Source: Lewinellaceae bacterium (lineage in GTDB: Bacteria > Bacteroidota > Bacteroidia > Chitinophagales > Saprospiraceae). From it: a DNA stretch of 64,000 bases. The stretch is taken from assembly GCA_016719605.1 (NCBI GenBank), contig JADJYW010000029.1, positions 260,612 through 324,611 on the forward strand. The letters are read 5' to 3'. How positions within the stretch are numbered: the first letter of the stretch is position 1; every line of letters begins with the position of its first letter. The position numbers were made by a program, and so were the translations under genes. Below are positions 37,401 through 46,462 of the stretch, one piece after another. A model generated the notes under the pieces. It did not search any database. It was not told the DNA's origin and worked only from the letters and a program-made list of their open reading frames with translations.

Positions 37401-38306
37401 CTTGAAACCGTCAAGCGGCTGCCCTTCATCTTCGGGATTAAAATAGGCTGCCATGCGCGACTTGGCCAGCACCACGCTCACCGGTTGGCCGGTGTAGGGG
37501 CTGACGGTTTGCACCTTGTGGTACTCAATGTTTGGCCCGACGGTGAGGGCTACATTGCTGGGGAGTGTCCAGGGTGTGGTTGTCCAGGCGAGGATGCGCA
37601 CGTCTTCGTCCTTGGCGTCGAACAGGTGCTCGGAAGCGGAATTCCGGACGACTTTGAACATGGCAACTGCCGAGAAGTCGGTGACCTCCTTGTAGGTGCC
37701 GGGCATGTTCAGTTCGTGGCTCGACAGGCCCGTACCCGCCGCCGGACTGAACGGCTGGATGGTGAAACCCTTGTACAGGTACGACTCGCCGGAGGGCGTT
37801 TTTTTATTGTACAATTGCTGGAGCAGCCACCAGACGGACTCGATGTAGTCGTTTTCAAAGGTGATGTACGGGTTGTCCAGATCCACCCAGTAGCCCATGC
37901 GGCGGGTCACGTCGTCCCAGAGGTCTTTGTAGCGCATGACCGTGGTGCGGCAGGCCTGGTTGTAGGCGTCCACGGAGATTTTTTTACCGATATCCTCTTT
38001 GGTGATTCCAAGTTCTTTTTCCACCTGAAGTTCGATGGGCAGGCCGTGGGTATCCCAGCCGCCCTTGCGCTCCACGCGGTAGCCCTGGAGGGTACGGTAC
38101 CGGCAGAAGAGGTCCTTTACCGTGCGGGCCATGACGTGGTGGATGCCGGGTTTGCCGTTGGCAGAGGGCGGACCTTCGTAAAACACGAAAGAGCGGTCGA
38201 CCGGTCGCTGGCTGATGGACTTTTCAAAAATCTTTTCGTCCTCCCAGAACTGGCGGATTTCGGCGTCTATGGAGGGGAGGTGGAGGTGTTTGAATTCGCG
38301 GTACAT
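34413..38306 (-). CDS. ileS: isoleucine-tRNA ligase (type 2) carrying an in-frame ~167-aa foreign insertion
   Basis: FYEGPPSANGKPGIHHVMARTVKD (HIGH region), a CP1 editing region, DLHRPYIDDIIL...VWFDSGSMPY, and NKMSKSKGN (KMSKS). A single 1297-codon ORF. Confidence 0.92.
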   Translation of the reverse strand: MYREFKHLHLPSIDAEIRQFWEDEKIFEKSISQRPVDRSFVFYEGPPSANGKPGIHHVMARTVKDLFCRYRTLQGYRVERKGGWDTHGLPIELQVEKELGITKEDIGKKISVDAYNQACRTTVMRYKDLWDDVTRRMGYWVDLDNPYITFENDYIESVWWLLQQLYNKKTPSGESYLYKGFTIQPFSPAAGTGLSSHELNMPGTYKEVTDFSAVAMFKVVRNSASEHLFDAKDEDVRILAWTTTPWTLPSNVALTVGPNIEYHKVQTVSPYTGQPVSVVLAKSRMAAYFNPEDEGQPLDGFKVGDKKLPYRTGSALVGIRYEQLLPTPAASTPELEANAFRVIPGDWVTTEDGTGVVHTAPYFGADDFRASKAAGVPFIGLSNPKAPDLPFPLVDRQGKFVDEVPEFGGRFVKSEYYPAEVQKDKDFKPTDLLIALRLKEDNKAFKIEKYKHTYPHCWRTDKPVLYYPLDSWFVRASAAKERMAELNKTINWKPASTGTGRFGQWLENLQDWNLSRSRYWGVPLPIWRTEDAEEELCIGSVEQLRAEVEKAVAAGLMQENPYKTRVSSDDDHADALSQFVFTGDKTIWHILKTHGRDNRKSPTEAEEVLWQALRNRKLDGFKFRRQHQIGSFIADFACISAKLVVEVDGEYHNRDEQKEFDEARTAYLNSAGFRVIRFANQQVMNALNDVLTDLRRVLASPPGPLSKGEGESRADSLFVSPSPLERGPGGEADLHRPYIDDIILVSPSGKPMRRELDLIDVWFDSGSMPYAQWHYPFENQEIFKNNFPADFIAEGVDQTRGWFYTLHAIATMVFDSVAFKNVVSNGLVLDKEGNKMSKSKGNVVDPFVTIEEYGADATRWYMMANANPWDNLKFNEEGITEVRNKLFGTLYNTYNFFALYANLDGFKMDEQNVLPYHQRTELDRWVISKLYSLVADYHAAMDDYDVTRACRAIEDFVDEHLSNWFVRLSRRRFWKGEMGEDKLAAYQTLFECLLVTGQLMASVAPHFADWLYRNLTAPIKDAAKAHNTPLRHDSVHLTDLTLPDSAKVDAALEKRMDYAQRICSLALSIRKKEKLRVRLPLQKILLPVLDEAFIAEVDGVKDLILSEINVKQIEYITDASGLLKKGAKANFKTLGGKLGKDMKDAATLIANFSNEEISALEKSGVLEVVLNGNTYTLTPDDMIVSTEDLPGWKTATAGELTVALDVTLTPELLAEGTARDLVNRIQNIRKDKNFNVTDRVIVTLERHPALLDAVEKFHDYIKSEVLATDLVLADTLDGGEKVELEDEVLVGIHVEVN
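36111..36612 (-). mobile_element. in-frame insertion in ileS: DUF559/Vsr-like endonuclease domain plus translated inverted-repeat pair
   Basis: The peptide PTEAEEVLWQALRNRKLDGFKFRRQHQIGSFIADFACISAKLVVEVDGEYHNRDEQKEFDEARTAYLNSAGFRVIRFANQQV matches the DUF559 family pattern. By hand count, G+C is 157/360 for 36241-36600 versus 111/180 for three flanking 60-nt lines. A perfect 37-bp inverted repeat lies at 36114-36150 / 36174-36210. Boundaries are approximate. Confidence 0.6.
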
Positions 38307-39177
38307 GTGGTTCGATTGATTCGATTAGTTCGATTGTTCCGATTGGTTCGATTGGTTTGCGGAATCAGGCCTAATTCAACCTTTTCAAACATTTCGACAA
38401 GCCTGATGCCATCAATCAGTTCAATTTTAGGCGCTCCATCTCGAGTCGCTTCCTTGATTGCTTCCTGAGAAAAAGTACCCGTGGTCATAATAATGCCCTT
38501 CTCGGCACGTCCAATCATGGCATTTCGAAAATCTCCGACTTCTGACCGAGACACCGAGCCTTTGTACCGTTTGCATTGAAACAGCACCTTGAAGGATACG
38601 AACGGGTTGATTTCCAAAGTCCCGTAACCATCAATGCCTCCGTCGTGAGACTTCCCGGTGACTGCAACGTTTTCGAAACCATGCTCCCGCAACAACTCCT
38701 TGCATACTTTTTCAAAGCCCGACGGGCTTAGACGTCGAAGTACCTCAAGTAAATTGGTTGAAAACTCGCGCTCAAAGGCTTCCGGTGTTACCTCTTCCTG
38801 TTCTTTGGATAATTCTTCAACAGATTCGCCTTTTCGGTTGGCTTGGAAAATGGCTACCCATTTCAAAAATATCTTGTGGGCTTCGTCCTCGGTCAAATTT
38901 GTGCTCTTGCCCTTTTCCGTTAATTTCCAAGTGCCACGTTTCGACGAGTCCAGATACCCATCCCAAACCAGATACTGCCTGGCCCACTGAACTTGGTTGT
39001 GAAATCTATTGCCTCCCGACTTAAGGTTTCATCCAGAGTGCTGTCCGGGATTTGCAGTTTTTCCGCAATTCGCTGCGAGACTTCATTAGGCTTGCCGGAA
39101 TCTCCGAGGTCACGGAGCGCATCTAAAACAGGTCCCATCCATTTGACAAATTCTGTCCGTCTGATCTTCTTTGACAT
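38267..39177 (-). pseudogene. mrr: Mrr-like restriction endonuclease (Mrr_N winged helix plus Mrr catalytic domain), one frameshift as assembled
   Basis: ORF 38920-39177 (MSKKIRRTEFVKWMGPVLDALRDLG...) continues in another frame as GNRFHNQVQWARQYLVWDGYLDSSKRGTWKLTEKG, then into ORF 38267-38896. The catalytic core is GKSHDGGIDGYGTL...FQCKRYKGSV...IIMTTGTFSQEA. One base is missing at GG 39025-39026. The region is A+T-richer than its neighbours by eye. Confidence 0.75.
38307..38360. repeat. 9-bp tandem repeat (GTTCGATTG)n, C/A-rich on the ileS coding strand, abutting the ileS start codon
   Basis: The sequence ttcgattgattcgattagttcgattgttccgattggttcgattggtt is read directly, starting 4 nt from the ileS ATG (38306). 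It is translated as NRTNRNNRTNRINRT in the tail of the mrr ORF. Confidence 0.8.
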
Positions 39178-39224
39178 GACTTACCAGTATTGAGTTCTTA
39201 AGGGTCGCAAAGATATAAAACTGA

Positions 39225-39268
39225 AAGACCCCGCTCGGTTGCACACCGGGCGGGGTCTTGTGTTTTTT
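39225..39268. terminator. hairpin terminator candidate downstream of rfbC (bidirectional)
   Basis: Stem aagaccccgc (39225-39234) pairs with gcggggtctt (39250-39259). It is flanked by a T-run on the plus strand and by tcagttttat on the minus strand. Confidence 0.5.
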
Positions 39269-39397
39269 CCAAACAGCCAACCGCGTCAGGTGCGCACACC
39301 GGGACGAATAATAATGCTGCTGGAAATTATAGTCTGGATCATGATGCGGCAAAGATAAAAACTCACATGAAGTTTCCAGCGGTTTGATTTTTTTCCT

Positions 39398-39940
39398 TCA
39401 CCGCCGGTGCTTCCCCAAAAACGGCAACGCCACATCTTTCTCCGACACAACCACCCTCCCAAGATCAAACGCCCAATCAATAGCCAGCGACGGATCATCG
39501 TACCGAAGGCCGCCCTCGTGGGCTTTGGAATAATAATTATCGCACTGGTACAGGAACTCAGCCGTCTCGCTGAGCACCACATAGCCGTGGGCAAATCCGC
39601 GCGGTACAAACATCTGGCGTTTGTTCTCCGCGCTCAGCCGAACGCCAAACCATTGGCCGTAGGTGGAAGAACCTTCGCGGAGGTCTACTGCCACGTCCAG
39701 TACCTCGCCTTCCACTACGCGCACGAGTTTGGCCTGGGCCATTTCACCCACCTGGTAGTGCAGCCCGCGCAGGATGCCCCGGGTACTGCGCGCTTGATTC
39801 ATCTGGACAAAATCGGCGGCAATACCCACTTCCGCCCACACGCGGCGGTTGTAACTTTCAAAAAAATAACCGCGCTCATCATGAAACACGGACGGTTCAA
39901 AAATTAAAAGCCCGGGAATCGGGGTCTCAAAAAAGGCCAT
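39398..39940 (-). CDS. rfbC: dTDP-4-dehydrorhamnose 3,5-epimerase
   Basis: FETPIPGLLIFEPSVFHDERGYFFESY ... RGLHYQ ... AKLVRVVEGEVLDVAVDLR ... VPRGFAHGY are classic RmlC motifs. ATG 39940 lies within track ORF 39398..40009. Confidence 0.88.
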   Translation of the reverse strand: MAFFETPIPGLLIFEPSVFHDERGYFFESYNRRVWAEVGIAADFVQMNQARSTRGILRGLHYQVGEMAQAKLVRVVEGEVLDVAVDLREGSSTYGQWFGVRLSAENKRQMFVPRGFAHGYVVLSETAEFLYQCDNYYSKAHEGGLRYDDPSLAIDWAFDLGRVVVSEKDVALPFLGKHRR

Positions 39941-40042
39941 ATCAATTTTGTTTTGCCGGCAAGGATGCGGCGCGTCCAACAAAAAGTCGCCCTGCAGCAC
40001 AAGAGCCACAGGACGACTTTACATCTCAACGGTGCGACGGGA

Positions 40043-41509
40043 TCAGAATTTGAACCCTATAGTCAGCAGGATATCCGATACGCGGTTTTTGGTTGCCACC
40101 GTCGGGCCGCCGGCGTATGGGAGGACGGAACCGGTACCGGTACCAAACCGAAAACCGAGGTCGAGGTAAAACGCTTCGCCGCGCACCCCGGCGCCGGCCG
40201 TGTAGGCGGTATTGAAGCCGCTTTCCGTGGCGTAAGGTTTGCCCAGCAGGTTCAACCCGGCTCGCAGACGGAAATCAGAAAGTACTGCCTCGCCGCCCAC
40301 ACGGATGTTCATGGCGGGATCGAAGAGGCGTTGAATTTCATTGTTTATCTCGCGCTCCGCCTGCTTGTTGGCGTTATTGGACACATCGGAAGTGAAATTG
40401 TACTGGTTCGCGCTGTAGTCCACCCATTCAATCTCGGCACTTAGAAAACCGTGCTTTTGAATCAGCATGGCGCCACTAAGTCCGGCGCGCCAGGGGGTAG
40501 CCAGCCGGTAGTCGAAATTGCCGTTGGGCGAGTTCTCGCTGTTACTGTTTTGCCCGGTGCCATCGGTGTACGCGTACGAGAAGGAGTTGCTGTAGTCATC
40601 CGTTAGGCGAAGCCAGGTCGGCGAATGGACGTGGGCGCCCAACCGGAGGGCCTGGCTTGCCCGGTAAATCACCCCAAATTTCACATTCACACCGACACCA
40701 TCCGTAGCCAAATACTCCGAGTAAGACAGGTCGTCAAAAAAAGCAACCACGCCGGCGTCGTCCACTTCCTGGTATTCGCCATTGAGCCGGTAGCGCACAA
40801 AAGGCACGCCGACGGTAGCGCCGATCAGTAGTTTTTCATCGTAGTTTCCGGCAAGAGAAAGCACCATTTCATTCATTGTACCCGATTGGGTGAGTGTCTG
40901 GGTGCGTCCTACGGTAGCATTTTCATTGCCCTCAAAATCGTATGTGGGGATATCATTTTGAAAGTAAATAGCCCCCGTCTGGTATGCCAGGCCGGAAGCA
41001 AACGGATCCAGGTCGTCCTCGGTGCCATTTTGAAGAATCGGTTTAGCAGCGGCAAACCAGTTGTTCAGGATGGTACCTTCGGCATTCCCGGAGTAATAAA
41101 TGGCGCGGTTGTAATTGGTCAACTGGTTGTAGCCAATGCCGACGTTGAACGTTTTCCATTTGCTCGTCCGGGGTGTCGTGTTGAACACGATGCCGAGGTT
41201 ATCAAAGCGAAAATGGCTCTTGCTCTCCTCAAAGTTTTGGTTATTACCGCCAGACATGGTGGCATCGGTATTGGCAAAACGCAGGGCGGGCGTCAGCATG
41301 AGTTCATTGGTGCGGTACATGGCCAAACCCGCAGGGTTTTGGCTCAGTGTACCAAATTCTGCACCCAGTGCGCCGAAGGCGCCACCAACCCCAAGATAAC
41401 GCGCCGTGCCACCGGGGGTCAGGTAGGAAAACTTGAGTACATCCGGCGCTGTTTGGCTGGAAGCCGCTGTAGCAAGCATCATGAAAAGCGGCAAGAGGTA
41501 TTGTTTCAT
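40043..41509 (-). CDS. outer-membrane beta-barrel protein, FadL/OmpP1-like (tentative)
   Basis: Signal peptide, GTARYLGVGGAFGALGAEFGTLSQNPAGLA near the N-terminus, alternating beta-strand pattern, and a C-terminal ...LLTIGFKF aromatic end typical of OM barrels. The family call is from memory only. Confidence 0.5.
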   Translation of the reverse strand: MKQYLLPLFMMLATAASSQTAPDVLKFSYLTPGGTARYLGVGGAFGALGAEFGTLSQNPAGLAMYRTNELMLTPALRFANTDATMSGGNNQNFEESKSHFRFDNLGIVFNTTPRTSKWKTFNVGIGYNQLTNYNRAIYYSGNAEGTILNNWFAAAKPILQNGTEDDLDPFASGLAYQTGAIYFQNDIPTYDFEGNENATVGRTQTLTQSGTMNEMVLSLAGNYDEKLLIGATVGVPFVRYRLNGEYQEVDDAGVVAFFDDLSYSEYLATDGVGVNVKFGVIYRASQALRLGAHVHSPTWLRLTDDYSNSFSYAYTDGTGQNSNSENSPNGNFDYRLATPWRAGLSGAMLIQKHGFLSAEIEWVDYSANQYNFTSDVSNNANKQAEREINNEIQRLFDPAMNIRVGGEAVLSDFRLRAGLNLLGKPYATESGFNTAYTAGAGVRGEAFYLDLGFRFGTGTGSVLPYAGGPTVATKNRVSDILLTIGFKF

Positions 41510-41647
41510 AGTTGCAAGATGTTAACGTTGAAGATTTTGCAGAAGAGTAGTCTCTGGCTGGGGCCAATAAAAAATGGGTGGAAAGAGGTGACAGGACCGG
41601 TTTCCACCCACTATATTATTGCTACCTATTGGCTAACGGGAGTGCGG

Positions 41648-43147
41648 TCAATTGCCGCGGCCGCTCCGGCCGCCGCCCGACGACGGAGCCGAACTACGGC
41701 CACTGCCACCACCACTATCGCCACCACTTCGCATGCTGCCACCACTTGACGACCGCTCACTACCGCTGCTGCGGCTGGGGCTATCGTATGAGCGCGTCGG
41801 GCGTTCGTAGGAAGGCTCCGAGCGCCGGCTTGGGCGATCATCCGTGCTGCCACTCGAACGAGGTGACTCCCGACGCGACGGGCTTGGCTCCCGGCTGGAC
41901 GCCTCATCGCGACGAGCCGGACGCTCGGCAGGTGCAGTTTCGCGCGCCGGACGCGTTTCCCGGTTCGGCGTTACTTCACGCGCCGGAGTTGTTTCACGAA
42001 TCGGACGTTCTTCCCGGTTCGGAGTTACCTCGCGCGCTGGGGTTGTTTCACGAACCGGACGTTCTTCCCGGTTCGGAGTTACCTCGCGCGACGGGGTTGT
42101 TTCACGAATCGGACGTTCTTCCCGGTTCGGCGTTATCTCGCGGACAGGACGGCTGTCCGGAGATACTTCCCGGCCCGGATTTGTTTCCCGGCCCGGAGTC
42201 ACGCTACGCTCGGAGCGTGTTGTTTCAGGTGTTGTGGAACGGCGTCCGTCAGGTGCTGTCGTCGGACGAGTTTCGCTGCCGGTCCCGGATCGGTCGCTTA
42301 CGCCGCCTGCCGGGGCGTTTTCCCCGGAAGTGCTCTCAAAGCGTCCGTTCGGGCGGGTGTTTTTTATCTCAATGACCGGCGTGGAAGTTGCTCGGGAGGA
42401 GGCTAAGCGATCTCCACTCGTAGCAGTAGTATTGCTGGCCATGCGTGCATACCCGGGGTTTACTGTTGTGCCCGTACGCCGGACACCCGTGTACGTCTTC
42501 GGGTTATATCCGCCGCCGCCGTTGTTGCCACCGCCATTGTTGTTGTTGTTGTCGTAGTAATAGTTGTTATTCACCCAAACGTTGTTGGGGCAGTGATACG
42601 GATTGTAGCCATTCCACACCCAGTATGGGTCATAGAAATAATTATTCCATACATACGGATTGTTCCAGGTATTCCAGCCCCATGGACGGTTCCAGCCAAA
42701 ACCCCATGTATTGTAACCGGCGCCCCAGTACGGATCATACCCGCCCCAGGTATTCCAGCGGTTAAACCGGTTCCAACGGCGCCAGCGCCAGTAATCGTTG
42801 TAGCCGCCAACGTAGATGGACACGCCCGGCTGGAAGAACGGATCGTACATCCACATATCCACGAACATCGGATCGTAGTAGTCCACCGTCCTGGTTGGGC
42901 GGTGGAAACGACGGATGCGGGAAGAGTACTCATACGCGTAATCGTCCTCCTCGTAGTAGCCGTCGTCGCCCTGATACCGCTGGGTTATTTTACTGTCTTC
43001 GCGGTATGTATTTTCACTATTCGGGGCACTGTATGTGCCATCCGTAGCAGGATCGTAGTACAAGTCGTCCTGCGCCTGAGCAGGTACGCTACAGAACATC
43101 CCTGCTACCAGCAGGAACATTCCCATTAATGACTTCAAGTTTTTCAT
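41648..43147 (-). CDS. secreted low-complexity protein (W/Y/N/G-rich region, RETTPxREVTPNREERP repeats, S/G/R tail)
   Basis: Signal peptide MKNLKSLMGMFLLVAGMFCSVPAQA from ATG 43147 within track ORF 41648..43183. The composition and repeats are read directly from the translation. Confidence 0.6.
   Translation of the reverse strand: MKNLKSLMGMFLLVAGMFCSVPAQAQDDLYYDPATDGTYSAPNSENTYREDSKITQRYQGDDGYYEEDDYAYEYSSRIRRFHRPTRTVDYYDPMFVDMWMYDPFFQPGVSIYVGGYNDYWRWRRWNRFNRWNTWGGYDPYWGAGYNTWGFGWNRPWGWNTWNNPYVWNNYFYDPYWVWNGYNPYHCPNNVWVNNNYYYDNNNNNGGGNNGGGGYNPKTYTGVRRTGTTVNPGYARMASNTTATSGDRLASSRATSTPVIEIKNTRPNGRFESTSGENAPAGGVSDRSGTGSETRPTTAPDGRRSTTPETTRSERSVTPGRETNPGREVSPDSRPVREITPNREERPIRETTPSREVTPNREERPVRETTPAREVTPNREERPIRETTPAREVTPNRETRPARETAPAERPARRDEASSREPSPSRRESPRSSGSTDDRPSRRSEPSYERPTRSYDSPSRSSGSERSSSGGSMRSGGDSGGGSGRSSAPSSGGGRSGRGN
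41935..42150. repeat. 54-bp (18-codon) tandem repeat inside the low-complexity protein gene
   Basis: About four units encode RETTP(A/S)REVTPNREERP(I/V). The DNA units ...cacgaatcggacgttcttcccggttcggagttacctcgcgcg... repeat nearly identically. Confidence 0.8.
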
Positions 43148-43463
43148 AGCCGAAAAGTTAGATTTTACAAGATTGCAGATCAAATGTTTGCAGGCTCAAA
43201 AGTATTACCTTTGCCCGCCTTTTTTGGTTAAACGCCCTTTAATTCAACATCTTCGAGCCGTTAAAGTTGGCTTAAACCAGCAAACCAGCCACCTCAAATG
43301 TTAAATTCTTTCACGGTTAGACCAAAGTGCCCGGCCAAGGTAACACCGGCGCCGGGGATTAACCCGAACTTAACGACTATGTGGCTACCGAATCCTTGAT
43401 CTCAAAATTTTCGCCCGACCTCAATCGGGTTTATCCTTTGCAACAAATACGCAACAAAAAAAC

Positions 43464-44930
43464 ATGGCAAAAGAAATAACGCCCCGCTCGGAAGACTACT
43501 CACAGTGGTACCTCGACATCGTTCGCAAAGCCCGCCTGGCCGACAACTCGCCCGTGCGCGGCTGCATGGTTATCCGCCCGCATGGGTTCGCTATTTGGGA
43601 AAAAATGCGCGATGCGCTGGACGCCATGTTCAAGGAAACAGGCCATGTCAACGCCTACTTCCCGCTTTTTATCCCTAAAAGTTTTCTCAGCAAAGAAGCG
43701 GCTCACGTCGAAGGTTTTGCCAAGGAATGCGCCGTGGTGACTCACTACCGCCTCAAAAACGACCCCGACGGCAACGGCGTGATCGTGGATCCGGAAGCCA
43801 AACTCGAAGAAGAACTGATCGTGCGCCCCACCTCGGAAACCATCATCTGGAATACCTACCGCGACTGGATTCAGAGCTACCGCGACCTGCCCCTGCTCAT
43901 CAACCAGTGGGCCAATGTGGTGCGCTGGGAAATGCGCACCCGGCCGTTCCTCCGCACAGCAGAATTTCTCTGGCAAGAGGGCCACACCGCCCACGCCAGC
44001 AAAGACGAGGCGATGGAGGAAACCTTGAAAATCCTGGATATCTACGCCCGCTTTGCCGAAGAATACATGGCCATGCCGGTGATCAAAGGCATCAAAACCC
44101 CAAATGAACGCTTCGCCGGCGCCGACGAAACTTTCTGCATCGAGGCGCTCATGCAAGACGGCAAGGCGCTGCAAGCCGGCACTTCGCACTTTCTCGGCCA
44201 GAACTTTGCCCGGGCATTCGATGTGCTTTTCCTCAACAAGGATAACCAGCAGGAACACGTTTGGGCTACCTCCTGGGGCGTTTCCACCCGACTCGTCGGC
44301 GGCCTCATCATGACACACTCCGACGACGACGGCCTTGTGCTGCCGCCCAAACTGGCGCCCATCCAGGTCGTGATCGTGCCCATCCCGAAGCCCGTACCGG
44401 AGATTCTGGAGGCTGCCGGCAAAATCGCTGCCCAACTGCGCGCCAAAGGCATTTCGGTCAAAGTGGACGACGACGACCAAAACCGCCCGGGCTTCAAATT
44501 TGCCGAATACGAAATGATCGGCGTGCCGGTACGCCTCGGCCTCGGCCAACGCGACCTCGATGCCGGACAGGTGGAAGTAGCCCGCCGCGATACCAAGGAA
44601 AAATCCAGTGTGTCACTCGATACCGTGGCCGACTATGTCGCCCAATTACTCGAAGACATCCAGGCCAACCTGTTCAACCGTGCCAAGGCGTACCGCGACG
44701 AACACATCACGCCGGCAAACACCTGGGCGGAATTTGAAGAAGCCCTGGAGAAAAAAGGCGGATTCGTAGCCGCACACTGGGACGGCACCACCGAAACGGA
44801 ACTGGAAATCAAAGAGCGCAGCAAAGCCACCATCCGCTGTATCCCGGTTGGGAATCCGGAGGAAACCGGTGCATGCATTTTGACCGGAAAGCCGAGCACA
44901 CAGCGGGTGTTGTTCGCCAAAGCGTATTGA
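43464..44930 (+). CDS. proS: proline-tRNA ligase (archaeal/eukaryote-like class II)
   Basis: [63 protein letters not shown], and a C-terminal zinc-binding-type domain. Confidence 0.9.
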   Translation: MAKEITPRSEDYSQWYLDIVRKARLADNSPVRGCMVIRPHGFAIWEKMRDALDAMFKETGHVNAYFPLFIPKSFLSKEAAHVEGFAKECAVVTHYRLKNDPDGNGVIVDPEAKLEEELIVRPTSETIIWNTYRDWIQSYRDLPLLINQWANVVRWEMRTRPFLRTAEFLWQEGHTAHASKDEAMEETLKILDIYARFAEEYMAMPVIKGIKTPNERFAGADETFCIEALMQDGKALQAGTSHFLGQNFARAFDVLFLNKDNQQEHVWATSWGVSTRLVGGLIMTHSDDDGLVLPPKLAPIQVVIVPIPKPVPEILEAAGKIAAQLRAKGISVKVDDDDQNRPGFKFAEYEMIGVPVRLGLGQRDLDAGQVEVARRDTKEKSSVSLDTVADYVAQLLEDIQANLFNRAKAYRDEHITPANTWAEFEEALEKKGGFVAAHWDGTTETELEIKERSKATIRCIPVGNPEETGACILTGKPSTQRVLFAKAY

Positions 44931-45101
44931 GGGCGTGCTGTGTTCCCGGAACAGGCATCCGAGCGCAGCGTATCACCGACGGAGAAAAACCCGTGTACCT
45001 TTTGGCGTATTTGTTCGGAATACGGCACCGTAAATGAACATCTTCCAGCCTGGCAGGTTTCGCTGAAATTGCTACACGCTACTTTCCAACTCAGATAGAA
45101 C

Positions 45102-46366
45102 ATGACCGCCCACCTCCTCATCATCGGCGACGAAATACTCATTGGCCAAATCATGGACACCAACTCGGCCTGGATGAGCCAGCAGCTCAACCTGCGCGGC
45201 TTTCGGGTAACGGGGAAAAGTACGGTGGCCGACACGCCCGACGCCATTTTGGACGGCCTGCTGCAAGCGACCGCCATGCCGACGTGGTGCTGATGACCGG
45301 CGGCCTTGGCCCCACCAAGGACGATGTGACTAAAAAAACGCTGGCGGATTATTTTGACTCACCCATGTCGTTTCACCAGGAAACGTATGACCGCATGGCG
45401 GCATATTTCGCCCGAATCGGACGCAAAATGCCCGATGCTGCCGTGATCCAGGCGACATTGCCGGACAAGGCCGTGCTGCTGCCCAACAAAGTCGGCAGCG
45501 CCCCGGGCATGTGGTTCGAACGCGACGGCAAAGTATTCATCTCCCTGCCGGGCGTCCCGTTTGAAATGCAGTACCTGATGCAGGAAGAAGCGCTGCCGCG
45601 CCTGAGCGCTCGTTTTCCCGGCAGCCCCATCGAACACCGCACCCTGCGCACGGCCGGCGAGGGCGAAAGTGCAATTGCCAAACGTATCGAAACTTTCGAG
45701 GACAACCTCCCCGCAAACATCAAACTGGCGTACTTGCCCAGCCTCGGACAAGTACGCCTGCGCCTCACCGGCACCTGGAACGACGCCATTATTCCGCCGA
45801 ACGCGCAGGCTGTGCTCCGCGAACAACTCAACGCCAAGGCGGCCGAACTGCATGCCCTGCTGCCCGACCTCGTGTACGGTACCGGCGAAGACACCCTGGA
45901 GCAGGTGGTTGGGGATTTGCTGCGCAAACAAAACCTGCAATTTGGCACAGCGGAGAGCTGCACCGGCGGGTATGTCGCCCACCTGATTACCTCGGTGCCG
46001 GGCGCGTCCGATTATTTTCCGGGCAGTATCGTCAGCTATTCCAACGACATGAAAATGAACCTGCTTGGCGTGCAGGCCGATACCCTGGCGCAGTTTGGCG
46101 CAGTGAGCGCGGAAACCGTGCGCGAAATGGTTGCCGGCGCACTGAACACCTTGCAGGCAGACATTGCCCTGGCCATATCCGGCATTGCAGGCCCTGATGG
46201 CGGCACGCCCGAAAAACCTGTGGGAACCGTCTGGATAGCCGTTGGAAATCGCGACCGGATTGTTACGATCAAGCAGGTATTTGCCCGCGACCGGGCCAAA
46301 AACATCCAACTTTCCGGCGTTTACGGCTTGAATGCCGTACGCAAATTTTTGCTGGGACAATTGTAG
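45102..46366 (+). pseudogene. cinA: competence/damage-inducible protein CinA (MoCF-binding plus nicotinamide-nucleotide amidase domains), one frameshift as assembled
   Basis: ORF 45102-45293 (MTAHLLIIGDEILIGQIMDTNSAWMSQQL...) continues as SDRHADVVLMTGGLGPTKDDVTK in the frame of ORF 45284-46366. The shift lies somewhere within 45255-45275. Confidence 0.8.
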
Positions 46367-46462
46367 CAAGCAGGGAGCATCAGGCTGTTTTTCAACGCAA
46401 GCGACATCCCGCATCTCAGAAATTTTTCCCATTTTTGGGAAAAATTAACCCGACTCACAGAT

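Noticed and set aside
41578-42557. Plus-strand ORFs 41578-42375 and 41844-42557 (Arg/Ser/Gly-rich)
   Set aside because: They are antisense or alternative-frame readings of the 54-bp tandem repeat and the low-complexity region of the minus-strand secreted-protein gene. That gene has a proper signal peptide and start.
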